The position numbers and the translations under genes were made by a program. Below, piece by piece: positions 1 to 10,700 of a stretch of DNA of 64,000 nt (the first letter of the stretch is position 1; every line of letters begins with the position of its first letter). Source of the DNA: Ignavibacteriae bacterium HGW-Ignavibacteriae-4 (GTDB lineage Bacteria; Bacteroidota; Ignavibacteria; Kapaibacteriales; UBA2268). Below the pieces are notes generated by a model that had not been told where the DNA came from, did not search any database, and saw nothing but the letters and a program-made list of their open reading frames with translations. The stretch is taken from positions 43,388-107,387 of the forward strand of contig PGYR01000003.1 in assembly GCA_002839765.1 (NCBI GenBank), written 5' to 3'.

Positions 1-947
1 GTACCCAATTCTATCGTGCTTGGTCTTTCTGTAGTAGTTCGTATAGTTATACAATCTATTCCCAAAGCCGTTGTCTCTTCTTGTATTCCACCAGAATCTG
101 TCATTACGAAATCGCAATTTTTCATTAGGTTCAGAAAATCTAAATATCCCAAGGGTTCAGTTATAACTAGATTTTCAATTGATTCTAATTTATTAGTCAA
201 ACCGAAATTCTCTATGTTTTTCTTCGTTCTTGGGTGCATTGGTATTACGACAGTTCTTCGCTTAGATATTAACTCAAATATATCGAGCAAATCATTCATC
301 TGCTCTTTATCATCAACGTTTGAAGGTCTGTGAACAGTTGAGAGTACATAGCCCTTGCTTGTTAATCCCAATCTTTCTAGTACATTATTCCCAGCTAGCT
401 TTTGCAATGCAAAATGCTGCGAATCAATCATTGTATTACCAACGAAATATATATTCTTTTCGGGATAATTTTCATTCAGTAAATTTCTCTGTCCACTTTC
501 TTCAGTAACGAAAGCAATATCACAAATAGAATCCGTAACCAATCTGTTGATTTCCTCGGGCATCTCTCTATCCCCACTACGAAGACCTGACTCTACGTGA
601 GCAACAGGTATATGAAGCTTAACAGCTGTAAGACTACAAGCCACAGTCGAATTTACATCGCCTACAACTATTACCAAATCTGGTTTTTCTTCTTCTAATA
701 TTTTCTCAAACTCGACCATAACTTTGGCTGTTTGCTGAGCATGAGTACCAGAGCCAACACTCATAAAGTGCTTTGGGTGTGGCATTTCCAAATCCTGAAA
801 AAAGGCATCGCTCATATTTTTGTCATAATGCTGTCCCGTATGAACAAGAAAATGCTCTATATTGGGATACTTATCGAATGCTCTGTGAATTGGTGCAACT
901 TTCATAAAATTTGGTCTTGCACCAACCACTGATATTACTTTTTTCAT
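1..947 (-). CDS. wecB: UDP-N-acetylglucosamine 2-epimerase (non-hydrolysing), C-terminal end cut by window edge
   Basis: Absent from the ORF track because it runs off the window. My minus-strand translation from the ATG at 947-945 gives MKKVISVVGARPNFMKVAPIHRAF..HTGQHYD..GDVNSTVAC..HVESGLRSGD..TDSGGIQEE, typical of WecB/MnaA. The ATG overlaps the rfbB stop (ATGA). Confidence 0.85.
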   Translation of the reverse strand, partial: MKKVISVVGARPNFMKVAPIHRAFDKYPNIEHFLVHTGQHYDKNMSDAFFQDLEMPHPKHFMSVGSGTHAQQTAKVMVEFEKILEEEKPDLVIVVGDVNSTVACSLTAVKLHIPVAHVESGLRSGDREMPEEINRLVTDSICDIAFVTEESGQRNLLNENYPEKNIYFVGNTMIDSQHFALQKLAGNNVLERLGLTSKGYVLSTVHRPSNVDDKEQMNDLLDIFELISKRRTVVIPMHPRTKKNIENFGLTNKLESIENLVITEPLGYLDFLNLMKNCDFVMTDSGGIQEETTALGIDCITIRTTTERPSTIELG

Positions 948-1954
948 CTATTGCTGTAATTTGATTTATAATAATCTCTATACTCACCCGAAATAACTCT
1001 TTCCACCCAATCCATATTATCCAAGTACCAGTCTATTGTCAACTTCAATCCATTTTCGAAATCATATTTTGGTGTCCATCCAAGCTCAGAAGAGATTTTA
1101 GTATTATCCATAGCGTATCTCTTATCGTGTCCGGGGCGGTCTTTCACATATTTAATCAGTGATTCTGGCTTATTCAAATAGCTAAGAATCTGCTTAACTA
1201 TTTCTATATTCGGCATTTCGTTCTCTGCACCGATATTATATACTTGCCCTACTCTTCCCTTCTCATATACTTCTAGTATAGCTTGGCAGTGGTCATCTAC
1301 ATATATCCAATCCCTAACGTTCATACCATCACCGTAAACTGGTAAATCTTTATCGCTAAGAGCGTTCATTATCATCAGTGGTATTAGCTTTTCAGGGAAT
1401 TGGTATGGCCCATAATTATTAGAACATCTAGTAATCAAAGCTGGAAAACCAAAAGTCTTATAGTAAGAACGAACGAAATTATCGGCGGCAGTTTTAGATG
1501 CGGAATATGGTGAATTCGGCTTCAAATTCGTTTTCTCTGTGAATTTACCTGTCGCTCCTAGCGAGCCGTAAACTTCGTCAGTCGAAACTTGTAAGTAACG
1601 CTCTACATTATGCTTCTTCGAGTAGTCTAATAAATTAACAGTACCGAATACATTTGTACTAACGAAAGGAGACGAATCCATAATAGAGCGATCTACGTGC
1701 GATTCGGCAGCAAAATTAATTACACCATCGAATTTATGTTCTTCGAATACTTTCCCTAAATCAGCTTTGTTCTCTATATTTCCTTTCACAAAAGTGTGTT
1801 TAGGATTATCTTTGAGAGAAGCAAGGTTCTCCAAATTACCGGCATAAGTCAGTGCGTCGAAACTAACGACTTCGTAGTCGCCTTTCTTTAGCATTAGCTT
1901 TACAAAGCTACTGCCTATGAATCCTGCACTTCCTGTTACTAATATTTTCTTCAT
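944..1954 (-). CDS. rfbB: dTDP-glucose 4,6-dehydratase
   Basis: 336 aa. N-terminal GSAGFIGS Rossmann motif, STDEVYG and YSASK (YxxxK) motifs of extended SDR RfbB. Confidence 0.9.
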   Translation of the reverse strand: MKKILVTGSAGFIGSSFVKLMLKKGDYEVVSFDALTYAGNLENLASLKDNPKHTFVKGNIENKADLGKVFEEHKFDGVINFAAESHVDRSIMDSSPFVSTNVFGTVNLLDYSKKHNVERYLQVSTDEVYGSLGATGKFTEKTNLKPNSPYSASKTAADNFVRSYYKTFGFPALITRCSNNYGPYQFPEKLIPLMIMNALSDKDLPVYGDGMNVRDWIYVDDHCQAILEVYEKGRVGQVYNIGAENEMPNIEIVKQILSYLNKPESLIKYVKDRPGHDKRYAMDNTKISSELGWTPKYDFENGLKLTIDWYLDNMDWVERVISGEYRDYYKSNYSNR

Positions 1955-1963
1955 AGTATATTA

Positions 1964-3508
1964 CTAATTATTGTTTGGTTGAGCGTCCATATTATTTGTT
2001 CTACCGCTTAGTATCATAGTAGCCGCAGCTAATGAAGCAAGTGAATTAGAATAAGTAAGCACAGATACATCTGATCTAATCTCATCTGCTAAGTACGGAT
2101 TGCCAAAATAAACTGTTATAATTGGTTTACCCATTGCTATTTTTTTCATAATAGCGCTTATTTTTTCCGATGTTCCAATATCTCCTACATAAGATCTGCT
2201 TCTATGAAAAACAGCGAATAGAATAATATCAGCATCATCTGTACCAAGTTTCATTTGCTCCAAATCTTCTTCACTTATGTCTTCATTTATATATGCGAAA
2301 TCACAATCATTTTCGAGCGCTTGCTGCATAAAGTTGAAGAACATACTAGCTGGTCCAAAATCATCTTCTTTCTGCAAAAAAGCGAAACCAGCATATTGCA
2401 TACCTTCTTGAATCGGTATAACGTTATTTTCTATTTTAAGTTCAACACTTTCTCGAGCTAGCTCAAGTGCAATTTTCTCATGTTCCATGAAGTGATCTTT
2501 GAAATCATCATCTATTCCTTGAGGGTTCATAGCACCGACGAAATTCAGTTCTTTTTTCAGTTTTCTATATGATTCATTTAGATGTTCTTTTAACTCTGAA
2601 TTCTTAGCTATTTCAGCGGATAATTCTTCAATTGCATCGAATGGATTTTCTGGCATAAGAGCTATATCGCCACCGGCTTCGAAGAACTTAATTGTTGCTT
2701 CTCCGGATTTATAATGATTAGCTATTGATTTCATTTCTAAAGCATCGCTTATTATTAGCCCTTCAAACCCTAGCTTTTCTTTCAGCAATTTAGTTATTAC
2801 ATTATGGGAAAGAGTGGCTGGAATCTTATCTTCATCCATTGCCTTCACCCATAAGTGACCAATCATAATAGATTTGATACCATTTTTGATATTATTAATA
2901 AATGGCTTTAATTCTATTTGAAAGTCTTCACCTGTTTTCTCTAATACTGGCAAATCTAAATGTGAATCAACTTCTGTATCACCATGCCCCGGGAAATGCT
3001 TCCCACAAGCTAAAACTCTTTCGTTTTGTGTAGCTTTCATGTAGTACACAGAGTGCTGAGATACTGTTAGATCATCTTCGCCAAACGCACGAATGTTTAT
3101 TATTGGATTCTTTGGATTTGAGTTTATATCACAAACGGGTGCTAAGTTCCAATCTATACCCAATAGTTTGGCTTCTTTGGCTATGAATTTGGCAGCTATA
3201 CCAGACTTAGTAGGGTCTTCTGTTCTACCTAATGCCATAGCGTGAGGGAAACCAGTTCCACCCAAAAATCGCATAGGAAGACCATACTCCATATCCGCAC
3301 AAAAGATTAGAGGTTGCTCTGCAATTGCTTTCAGTTCCGTAATCATATTTTTTACTTGATTAACTTCACCACCGAATATACAAAAGCCACTAACCCCGTA
3401 TTCTATTAACTTATGGATTATTTTTTTATAATCTTCTTGCTCATAGTAGTAGGGTGTATTCAATCTAGGAATAACACATCTTGCCGCTATTTTTAAATTT
3501 GATTCCAT
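1964..3508 (-). CDS. glycoside hydrolase family 3 protein (NagZ-like beta-hexosaminidase with extra C-terminal domain)
   Basis: 514 aa. Carries the GH3 signature KHFPGHGDTEVDSHLDLP and the ISDALEM motif. Confidence 0.8.
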   Translation of the reverse strand: MESNLKIAARCVIPRLNTPYYYEQEDYKKIIHKLIEYGVSGFCIFGGEVNQVKNMITELKAIAEQPLIFCADMEYGLPMRFLGGTGFPHAMALGRTEDPTKSGIAAKFIAKEAKLLGIDWNLAPVCDINSNPKNPIINIRAFGEDDLTVSQHSVYYMKATQNERVLACGKHFPGHGDTEVDSHLDLPVLEKTGEDFQIELKPFINNIKNGIKSIMIGHLWVKAMDEDKIPATLSHNVITKLLKEKLGFEGLIISDALEMKSIANHYKSGEATIKFFEAGGDIALMPENPFDAIEELSAEIAKNSELKEHLNESYRKLKKELNFVGAMNPQGIDDDFKDHFMEHEKIALELARESVELKIENNVIPIQEGMQYAGFAFLQKEDDFGPASMFFNFMQQALENDCDFAYINEDISEEDLEQMKLGTDDADIILFAVFHRSRSYVGDIGTSEKISAIMKKIAMGKPIITVYFGNPYLADEIRSDVSVLTYSNSLASLAAATMILSGRTNNMDAQPNNN

Positions 3509-3939
3509 TACTTTTCGTAGTTGTTTATCTTTTCTCTTACAAATTCCGGTATAGTTTCCGGCTTTCCATTTTCTGTATCTACATATACTAATATAGACTT
3601 GGCTTCTAGTATCAATATATCAGCCGAGTAAACTTGGTTGACAAACGTAATAGAGCTATCGCCTATTTTGCTAACTTTTGTCAGTACAGTATATCTATCT
3701 GTGAACCGCATAGAGTTATAGTAATCTACTTCGCTATGCACAGTCATTATTGGCATGCGAATAGAAAAAATGCTATTATCTCTAGGCATACCGATATCAA
3801 ATAGATACTGAGTTCTCGCCCATTCCAGCCAATAAAGATAAGCTAGATTATGCACTACATTGAACGAATCTACCTCGCTGAATTTTGCTTCGCCAGTAAA
3901 TTCGTGTCTGAACTCTTCTCTTTTGTACTTCGTTTCCAT
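3508..3939 (-). CDS. acyl-CoA thioesterase (hotdog fold, YbgC/4HBT-like)
   Basis: Length and sequence pattern fit hotdog-fold thioesterases. I start it at METKYK (3939) because the longer track ORF would overlap ltaE by 25 nt. Confidence 0.6.
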   Translation of the reverse strand: METKYKREEFRHEFTGEAKFSEVDSFNVVHNLAYLYWLEWARTQYLFDIGMPRDNSIFSIRMPIMTVHSEVDYYNSMRFTDRYTVLTKVSKIGDSSITFVNQVYSADILILEAKSILVYVDTENGKPETIPEFVREKINNYEK

Positions 3940-3941
3940 AA

Positions 3942-4976
3942 TTACTGAGCTAATAGTAGGACACAATCTGTAGTTAATTTCACAGCTTTTTTAGTCTCTT
4001 GCTCACTTATCTGGAAGTGGAATACAACACGTATTGTGTTCTGCCCTATCTCACTGCAAAGCATTCCTTTTTCTTTCGCTTTTTCTACGAAGTCAGCAGC
4101 TTTGATTTGAGGAGCTAATTTGAAATTCACAATATTTGTCTGAACACGAGTCAAATCAACAGCTATAAGTGGAGATTCCATTACTTTCTGAGCGAAGTAC
4201 TTCGCCTTAACGTGGTCACCTTTTAAGTGCTTTATATGATGCTTAACAGCGTGAAGTCCACCAGCAGCTATGATGCCTGCTTGACGCATTCCACCACCCA
4301 ACATTTTTCTGAATTTTCTACCACGGTTGACATGTTCCCATGTACCAGCTAGTACAGATCCAACTGGAGCACCAAGCCCCTTAGATAAACAAACTGAAAC
4401 AGTATCGAATGGCTCTGCATATTTTTCTAGAGCTATACCTGTCTCAGCGTGAGCGTTCCATAGTCTAGCACCGTCTAAGTGCATTTTTATCTCGTGTTGG
4501 TCAGCTAATTCTTTCACTTGCTGAGTATAAGCTACATCAAGCAAAGTACCACCATGTCTATTATGCGAATTTTCAAGAGTAATCAATGAAGAGCGGGAAT
4601 TATAATAAATATTTGGTCGAATAGCTGCTTCTATATCTTCAATCGCTGGGCTTCCATAATCAGAAGGAATACAACGGCACATAACACCTGAGAATACAGC
4701 TGGAGCACCTGTCTCATAATGGAAAATATGAGCATCAGCATCCATAATTACTTCATGACCGGGTTTAGTATGTAGCTTGATAGCTATTTGATTAGCCATA
4801 ACACCAGAAGGAACAAAAAGTCCAGCTTCTTTACCTAATAGGTTTGAGACGGCTCTCTCTAATTCTTTTACTGTGGGGTCTTCTTTGTAAACGTCGTCTC
4901 CAACCTCAGCTTCTGCCATTGCTTTACGCATTTCGTCGGTTGGTTTTGTTACGGTATCGCTTCTTAAATCAATCAT
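3942..4976 (-). CDS. ltaE: low-specificity L-threonine aldolase
   Basis: 344 aa. The N-terminus [34 protein letters not shown] is the canonical threonine aldolase start. Confidence 0.85.
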   Translation of the reverse strand: MIDLRSDTVTKPTDEMRKAMAEAEVGDDVYKEDPTVKELERAVSNLLGKEAGLFVPSGVMANQIAIKLHTKPGHEVIMDADAHIFHYETGAPAVFSGVMCRCIPSDYGSPAIEDIEAAIRPNIYYNSRSSLITLENSHNRHGGTLLDVAYTQQVKELADQHEIKMHLDGARLWNAHAETGIALEKYAEPFDTVSVCLSKGLGAPVGSVLAGTWEHVNRGRKFRKMLGGGMRQAGIIAAGGLHAVKHHIKHLKGDHVKAKYFAQKVMESPLIAVDLTRVQTNIVNFKLAPQIKAADFVEKAKEKGMLCSEIGQNTIRVVFHFQISEQETKKAVKLTTDCVLLLAQ

Positions 4977-5063
4977 AATTCTTTTTCTTACATTTAGTTA
5001 AAATATATAACTACAAAGATAAAGAATATGCACGTTAATTTGAATTTTTAGGAGAGTTTGTGG

Positions 5064-5735
5064 TTAATTCAAATATCCAAGAAAGGATTGCCCACCGAGG
5101 GCATAGAAATACTCGCCGGCTAGCATGACTAAACCTACTGAAATAGGAATAGATAAGTTATCGTCTATTCTTATTACTTTAGAAACAGCCTCAACGAATC
5201 CACCGATAGTAGCAGCTATAACACCTGTAATAAGATAACTAAATGGCAAATCGAACAAATTGTAATAGATGAAAATAATAGTTATTGCTGACACTATAAA
5301 AGAAATAGTACCTTCCCAAGATTTATCAAAAAACCCGTGTTTACCGAAACGACGCCCGATAAGTGCAGCACAAATATCTGAGATTATTAGAATAGTAAAA
5401 CCAGTAATCGTAATAATTTTAGGGAATGCTAAGACACAAATAGTAGCCGAAATGAGTACCCAAGTAGCTCCGTTGAAAAAACCTTTGCCTTTCTTTTCAT
5501 GAGGCCTGAGCATCTGACCAAAGTATTTCAACAGTAAATGGATGAAAAATTGAACATTTTTTGATAGTATGTCGAATATTACGAATAAGATAGTAACAGG
5601 AACAAGGACGCTCAACATATTTTCGCGAGTAAAAAATATGTAGCTAATTGGGATAGAAAGAGAAGCTAAATGAATACCTTTTCTTAGAATTTCCTGCTTA
5701 TAACTTATATTGCTTTCATTTGACATACAAAACAA
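5064..5735 (-). CDS. CTP-dependent polyprenol/diacylglycerol kinase-like membrane protein (phosphatidate cytidylyltransferase family)
   Basis: 223 aa, polytopic. The motif AALIGRRFGKH..W.GT is typical of the CTP_transf_1/dolichol kinase family. Confidence 0.6.
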   Translation of the reverse strand: MFCMSNESNISYKQEILRKGIHLASLSIPISYIFFTRENMLSVLVPVTILFVIFDILSKNVQFFIHLLLKYFGQMLRPHEKKGKGFFNGATWVLISATICVLAFPKIITITGFTILIISDICAALIGRRFGKHGFFDKSWEGTISFIVSAITIIFIYYNLFDLPFSYLITGVIAATIGGFVEAVSKVIRIDDNLSIPISVGLVMLAGEYFYALGGQSFLGYLN

Positions 5736-5747
5736 AAATAGAATAAA

Positions 5748-6587
5748 ATGAAAATTAAAAAAAATGCGAATGCAAAAATTAATATTGGTCTAGAGATATT
5801 AAACAAGAGAAGTGATGATTACCATAACCTCAACACTGTTTTTTATTCTCTCCACAATTTGTACGATGAACTTATATTTGAACGAAATGACGAACAAAAA
5901 GTTAATATTCAGTCAAATATACCCGAATTAAATGGAAAAGACAACTTAATATACACAGCAATTCGCAAAATAGAGCGAAAAGTTAATAAGAAAATTGGTG
6001 TGAATATCAATTTGACGAAGAATATCCCAATGGGTGCAGGACTAGGTGGCGGAAGTAGCGATGCTGCTTGTACTATCAACGCCATTGATCAACTCTATGA
6101 ACTTGGGCTCAGCTATAATGACAAATTGATTCTTGCTCAAGCTGTTGGCTCTGATGTGCCATTCTTCTTGCAAGGTGGGGCGGCTATTGGAAGAAGTAGA
6201 GGCGAATCTCTGACGTTCTTTGAGTATGAAATTCCCCTTCAAATTGTGGTCGTATCTCCGAATATACACGTATCTACTCCTGCTGCTTATGGAGAATTGG
6301 ATAGAGATTCAACACCTAGGAATATGGTTGATTATAAAATGATATTGGATAAGTCAAAAGATAATCCTTCACTAATGAGAAGCATGGTATTCAACGAATT
6401 CGAAAAACCGATTTTCGCGAAACATCCTGAAATAAAAGAAATAAAGCAAAAGCTGTACGAACAAGGAGCTATATTCTCACTTATGTCCGGTAGTGGTTCA
6501 TCTGTTTTTGGTATGTTTGAAAGTGGGTTCGACGTAGAAAAATTGAAAAGTATATTCCCCAATTATAAAGTGATAAAAGCGAACTGA
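5748..6587 (+). CDS. ispE: 4-(cytidine 5'-diphospho)-2-C-methyl-D-erythritol kinase
   Basis: 279 aa. GHMP kinase motif PMGAGLGGGSSDAA and an N-terminal KINIGLEI pattern. Confidence 0.85.
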   Translation: MKIKKNANAKINIGLEILNKRSDDYHNLNTVFYSLHNLYDELIFERNDEQKVNIQSNIPELNGKDNLIYTAIRKIERKVNKKIGVNINLTKNIPMGAGLGGGSSDAACTINAIDQLYELGLSYNDKLILAQAVGSDVPFFLQGGAAIGRSRGESLTFFEYEIPLQIVVVSPNIHVSTPAAYGELDRDSTPRNMVDYKMILDKSKDNPSLMRSMVFNEFEKPIFAKHPEIKEIKQKLYEQGAIFSLMSGSGSSVFGMFESGFDVEKLKSIFPNYKVIKAN

Positions 6588-6643
6588 AATTAGAAAATAA
6601 AATAGCACTCAAATATATTTTCACGAGCAAAGATATTAGCTTC

Positions 6644-7768
6644 GTGAAGATAATCAATTTACTGGCGACACTTGGTATTACCATCGGTGTGGCTGCTATT
6701 ATATTTGTCGTGTCTGTTTTGAGTGGATTTCAGGTGATGAACTACGAGCAAATACTCGGCTATGACCCCCACGTTCGGGTGAAGTTAAGCGGTAAAAGTG
6801 ACGTAGATAATTCGCTGATAAACTATGTCCGCGAGTCGAAAGATATGAGGGACTTCGCACTTACCACCGAAAAGAAATCAGCACTTCGTGTGAAAGACAA
6901 TTTCAAAGTGGCTCGCCTACTCTATATCAGCCCTATGAGCGAGAATTATCTTGATGGATTGAACCAATCTCTTCTATTTGGGAAGTTGCAAGCAAACTCG
7001 AAGAACCTAATAATGGGTGCCAAACTAGCCGAAGGGTTGGATATAACTCGAGGAGATGAAGTAGAGCTAATTACACCCGAAGCATTAGAAAAATCAGCAC
7101 GTATGTTCCGACAATTGGATGGCTCAAAATATGTGGTAAGTGGTATATTCTACAGTAGCGTAAAGGACTATGATGAAAAACAGATATATATATATGACAA
7201 TAACCCGATAAAAGACTTCATAGATATAAAGCTAACAGATTACGAATTGACCGATGAATACGTATCGAAGCTTCAAAAATCATACAAGGACTTAGTTATA
7301 TTCACTTGGAAAGATTTGAATTCTGAATTTTATAGGATAATGCAATTCGAGAAAGTAATGACAATAGTCGTTCTATTCCTGATAATACTAATCTCGGCAT
7401 TTAACATACTAGCATCACTATCGATGACCGTAGTGCAGAAGAAAAAGGATATTTCTATACTCCGAACTCTGGGTATGTCAACGAAGCGAATTGTCTCTAT
7501 TTTCAGAAATGAAGGAGTATTCATCGGAGTACTCGGCACATTGCTCGGCACTACTATTGGGCTAATACTAACGTATTTGCAAGACACAGCTGGACTAATT
7601 ATGTTCGGAAAAGGAATAACAATACAATCGGCATTCCCTATCAGTTATGAGTACGAAGTCTATGTAGCAATCGTAGTAGTCTCTTTATTATTATCGTGGG
7701 GGGCAACCTACCTACCTACCAAACGAATATCGAAAATAGATATACTAGAAGGAATAAGGGAAGAGTGA
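6644..7768 (+). CDS. LolC/LolE-family lipoprotein-release ABC permease (FtsX-like)
   Basis: 374 aa. N-terminal TM segment, large periplasmic domain and C-terminal FtsX-type TM bundle. The conserved N-terminal sequence (KLENKIALKYIFTSK) continues upstream of the GVG-free stretch before the GTG at 6644, so the true start may be near 6584 (see findings). Confidence 0.8.
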   Translation: MKIINLLATLGITIGVAAIIFVVSVLSGFQVMNYEQILGYDPHVRVKLSGKSDVDNSLINYVRESKDMRDFALTTEKKSALRVKDNFKVARLLYISPMSENYLDGLNQSLLFGKLQANSKNLIMGAKLAEGLDITRGDEVELITPEALEKSARMFRQLDGSKYVVSGIFYSSVKDYDEKQIYIYDNNPIKDFIDIKLTDYELTDEYVSKLQKSYKDLVIFTWKDLNSEFYRIMQFEKVMTIVVLFLIILISAFNILASLSMTVVQKKKDISILRTLGMSTKRIVSIFRNEGVFIGVLGTLLGTTIGLILTYLQDTAGLIMFGKGITIQSAFPISYEYEVYVAIVVVSLLLSWGATYLPTKRISKIDILEGIREE

Positions 7769-7787
7769 AAGGAGCCGAAGCTCCTTT
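7768..7787. terminator. bidirectional hairpin between convergent genes
   Basis: AAAGGAGC-CGAA-GCTCCTTT, a perfect 8-bp stem between the LolE-like stop and the stop of the 1209-aa protein. Confidence 0.6.
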
Positions 7788-7792
7788 GAGAT

Positions 7793-10700
7793 TTACTTAA
7801 AAATCAAAAACTTCTTGAAATATGAGTTGTCAGGAGTTACTATCATAAATGAATATGTGCCATTGGTGAAATCACTTATGTCTATACTCTTTTTGTAACT
7901 ACCTCTTTTAAAACTACTTTTATCAGAATATAATTCACGACCAAGTAAATCGAATATATGAAAGCTAAATTGCCCTTCTCTCAGTACCTCAAACTCTAGA
8001 TTTACTATTCTGTCAGTTGGGTTAGGATATATATTGATAATCCTTTCTTTCTGCTGATAATCGTATATCCTGTTATTACTATCACTAAGATAAATAACCT
8101 TTATCGCTTCTTCTGTCTTATGTTCACAACCATTAAAGTAGCTTGAACTTGATTCTATAACGATACTGTCGGACTTCGGATAATAAATTATAATATTACT
8201 ATAATTTGAATTTTGCTCGTTGAACTTGGCATTTACTATATCATAATTCCGCTCTATAAACAAAGTATCATCGATTTGATAAGATGAATTGCTTGGGGAT
8301 AAGTTAGGTAGAGATGCACCACTACCTGAGCCAGATGCTTTAAATACGGGGTATATTTTATAAATTGAACTTCCTATAAACTCTCTTATTGAATCTGTTT
8401 CTGAGTAAATCTTATCTTCAATCCTAATTTGTATATTAGTTGAATCACTATAGCTTATATTGCTCTTTAAATGAAAATCGTTTGTTAGATTCAAATTAAA
8501 TGTATCTAGTACTACACAATCCTCAACGGTGGTATAAGACACAACATAATCACCAGATTTAGTTAAAGTAAGATCATCAATATCATTTCCCTGTACTACT
8601 TTTATTTCCTTAGATTCTAAATAACTCAAATCCAAATTATTACATAACGTTGTATCATTAAAAACAATTCTATTTCTTAACTGATTACTATATATAGTGT
8701 CAAACCTAGACTTTTCACATCCATCAGCAAATAGATTTGTAACTGTCTTGATTATGTTAAGTGAATCTAATAAATTCATCTTAACAGCAAACCTAATTAT
8801 TAGTTTTAAATCTTCATCTACCCCATGGACTGTTGACTTCGCAAGGGTATTATTAAGATTAATTTTATATATAGATTCTAAATTTTCTGTTTGACTTAAT
8901 GTCGTTATGTGAACTTCAGGATCAAGTGTATTTTTTATTATTATTGAGTTATTGTAGTTTATAAAGCTCTTAGGTAAATAAAGTTGAATTCTTCCTTCGT
9001 CAATTGAACTAAAATCCTCTTGAGTAATCTCAACATAAAAGAATAGGGAATCTTCATTGCAATAATTATCAGCATAAACATTTACATCAAGGTTGTTATT
9101 ATTTATTGTCAATGTCAAATCTTCTTTCCCTAGATTTCCTTTCTTGTTACTTTCTAATTCTATATCTACTATATATTCTGGGTTGTATCGATAATCGTCA
9201 TTGTAAGTCGCAGTAAAATATATAGTAGAGTCTTTAGTGCCTTCACCGAATACAATTACCTTTCCCTCAGTCTCGAAGTTCAATCTACTATTAGCAACTT
9301 TGACCAATAATGTATCTGCTTCTTCTATTTCTTTTTCTATTTTTATTGGTATATCAATGGTTCCAATATCGCAGAAGTTATAGACGATCTCATTTTTATC
9401 TACACTATAGCTCATTGGTCTAAGTGATATGTCATCTAAAAAATAATAAGCTATATAGCCTGACCCACTTTCATAGACATTTCCAAATATATAAATATAC
9501 TTGTATTCACTTATATCTAAGTTATTAAATACAATATGTTGCCATTCATAACCATGCCTGTAATCTTCAACATCACCAGAATTGTATAAAAGTCGATTAG
9601 AAAGTAACAAATATTCACTCTTTTGTGGAAAGTTAAGAATATCATTATAACAAATTTCTTCTTTTGTAAACATAACATTAAGCGAATCGGTATTTGAAAG
9701 TGCTGTTGAATTAATATCTAATTCTAGAACATATTTCTCGTTTTTATTTAATCCAATTAATTCTTGACTAATTGTTTCAATTGGATATAGATTCTTCCCT
9801 TCTTGTATTTTTTGTTTAATATTCCTACCTGTAAACATCCCTAGAAAAAAGTTATTAGGCTTATCTTTATTACTTCTTTTAACTTCATTTAAAAAAAACT
9901 TTAATAAATTATATATATTTTTTCTATTCTTAGTTGAAAAATATGGATCATATGTAATTGGTAATTCATCTACATTAAGATAGGTATAAAGATCAGGTGA
10001 ATAAGTTAAATTCCATCCAGCTAAAAAAAGACTTGGTTCACAGGGTAAAAAATTATCATCTCGATTGTATAAATATTTATAATCTAAAGTATCTGTAGGA
10101 TCAAGTTTTAATTGACCAATAGAAGTAACTTGTTCGAAGTCACCGTTACAAAGAAGATTTCGGTTGTCTCTTTTACAATCTCCTATACTATTGTTTACAA
10201 TTGGTATGGTGATGCTAACTAAAGCAGGATTGCTGACAAACCCATCTTTGTTTATAGTATAATAATTAAACTGATATGGATTTCTAAATCTTCCAAGGGT
10301 TACAACTAAAGTATCATTTTGAGTGTAGCTTTTTCTATCGAATTTTATCGATTCATTTTCAATAGGTATTATATTAATAATATGTTCATCATTGCTTATT
10401 AGATTTGATACTGGGATTTTTAGAACACTATTTCCAATTACTGATATGGTATCTATAAAGTCATTATTTGTAATTGGTATTTTATAATTAGACAAATCTA
10501 TTATTTGTTGTTCTGTTATTATCGTATCACCCCGAAAAATACCGGTTATACTATATCCTAATGTAGATAATACATACAAGTCTTCGTACATAGGAGTCCT
10601 TTTTATTTGACCTTTGAATATAGATGGCATCATCACAAATTTTTTATCAAGGCAATTAGTGTCCAAGTGGGATATACTAGAACCATTTTGCCAATCGGAA

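Noticed and set aside
16-932. Three plus-strand ORFs (16-333, 320-508, 732-932)
   Set aside because: They are antisense shadows of the clearly recognisable minus-strand wecB reading frame, and their products are low-complexity.
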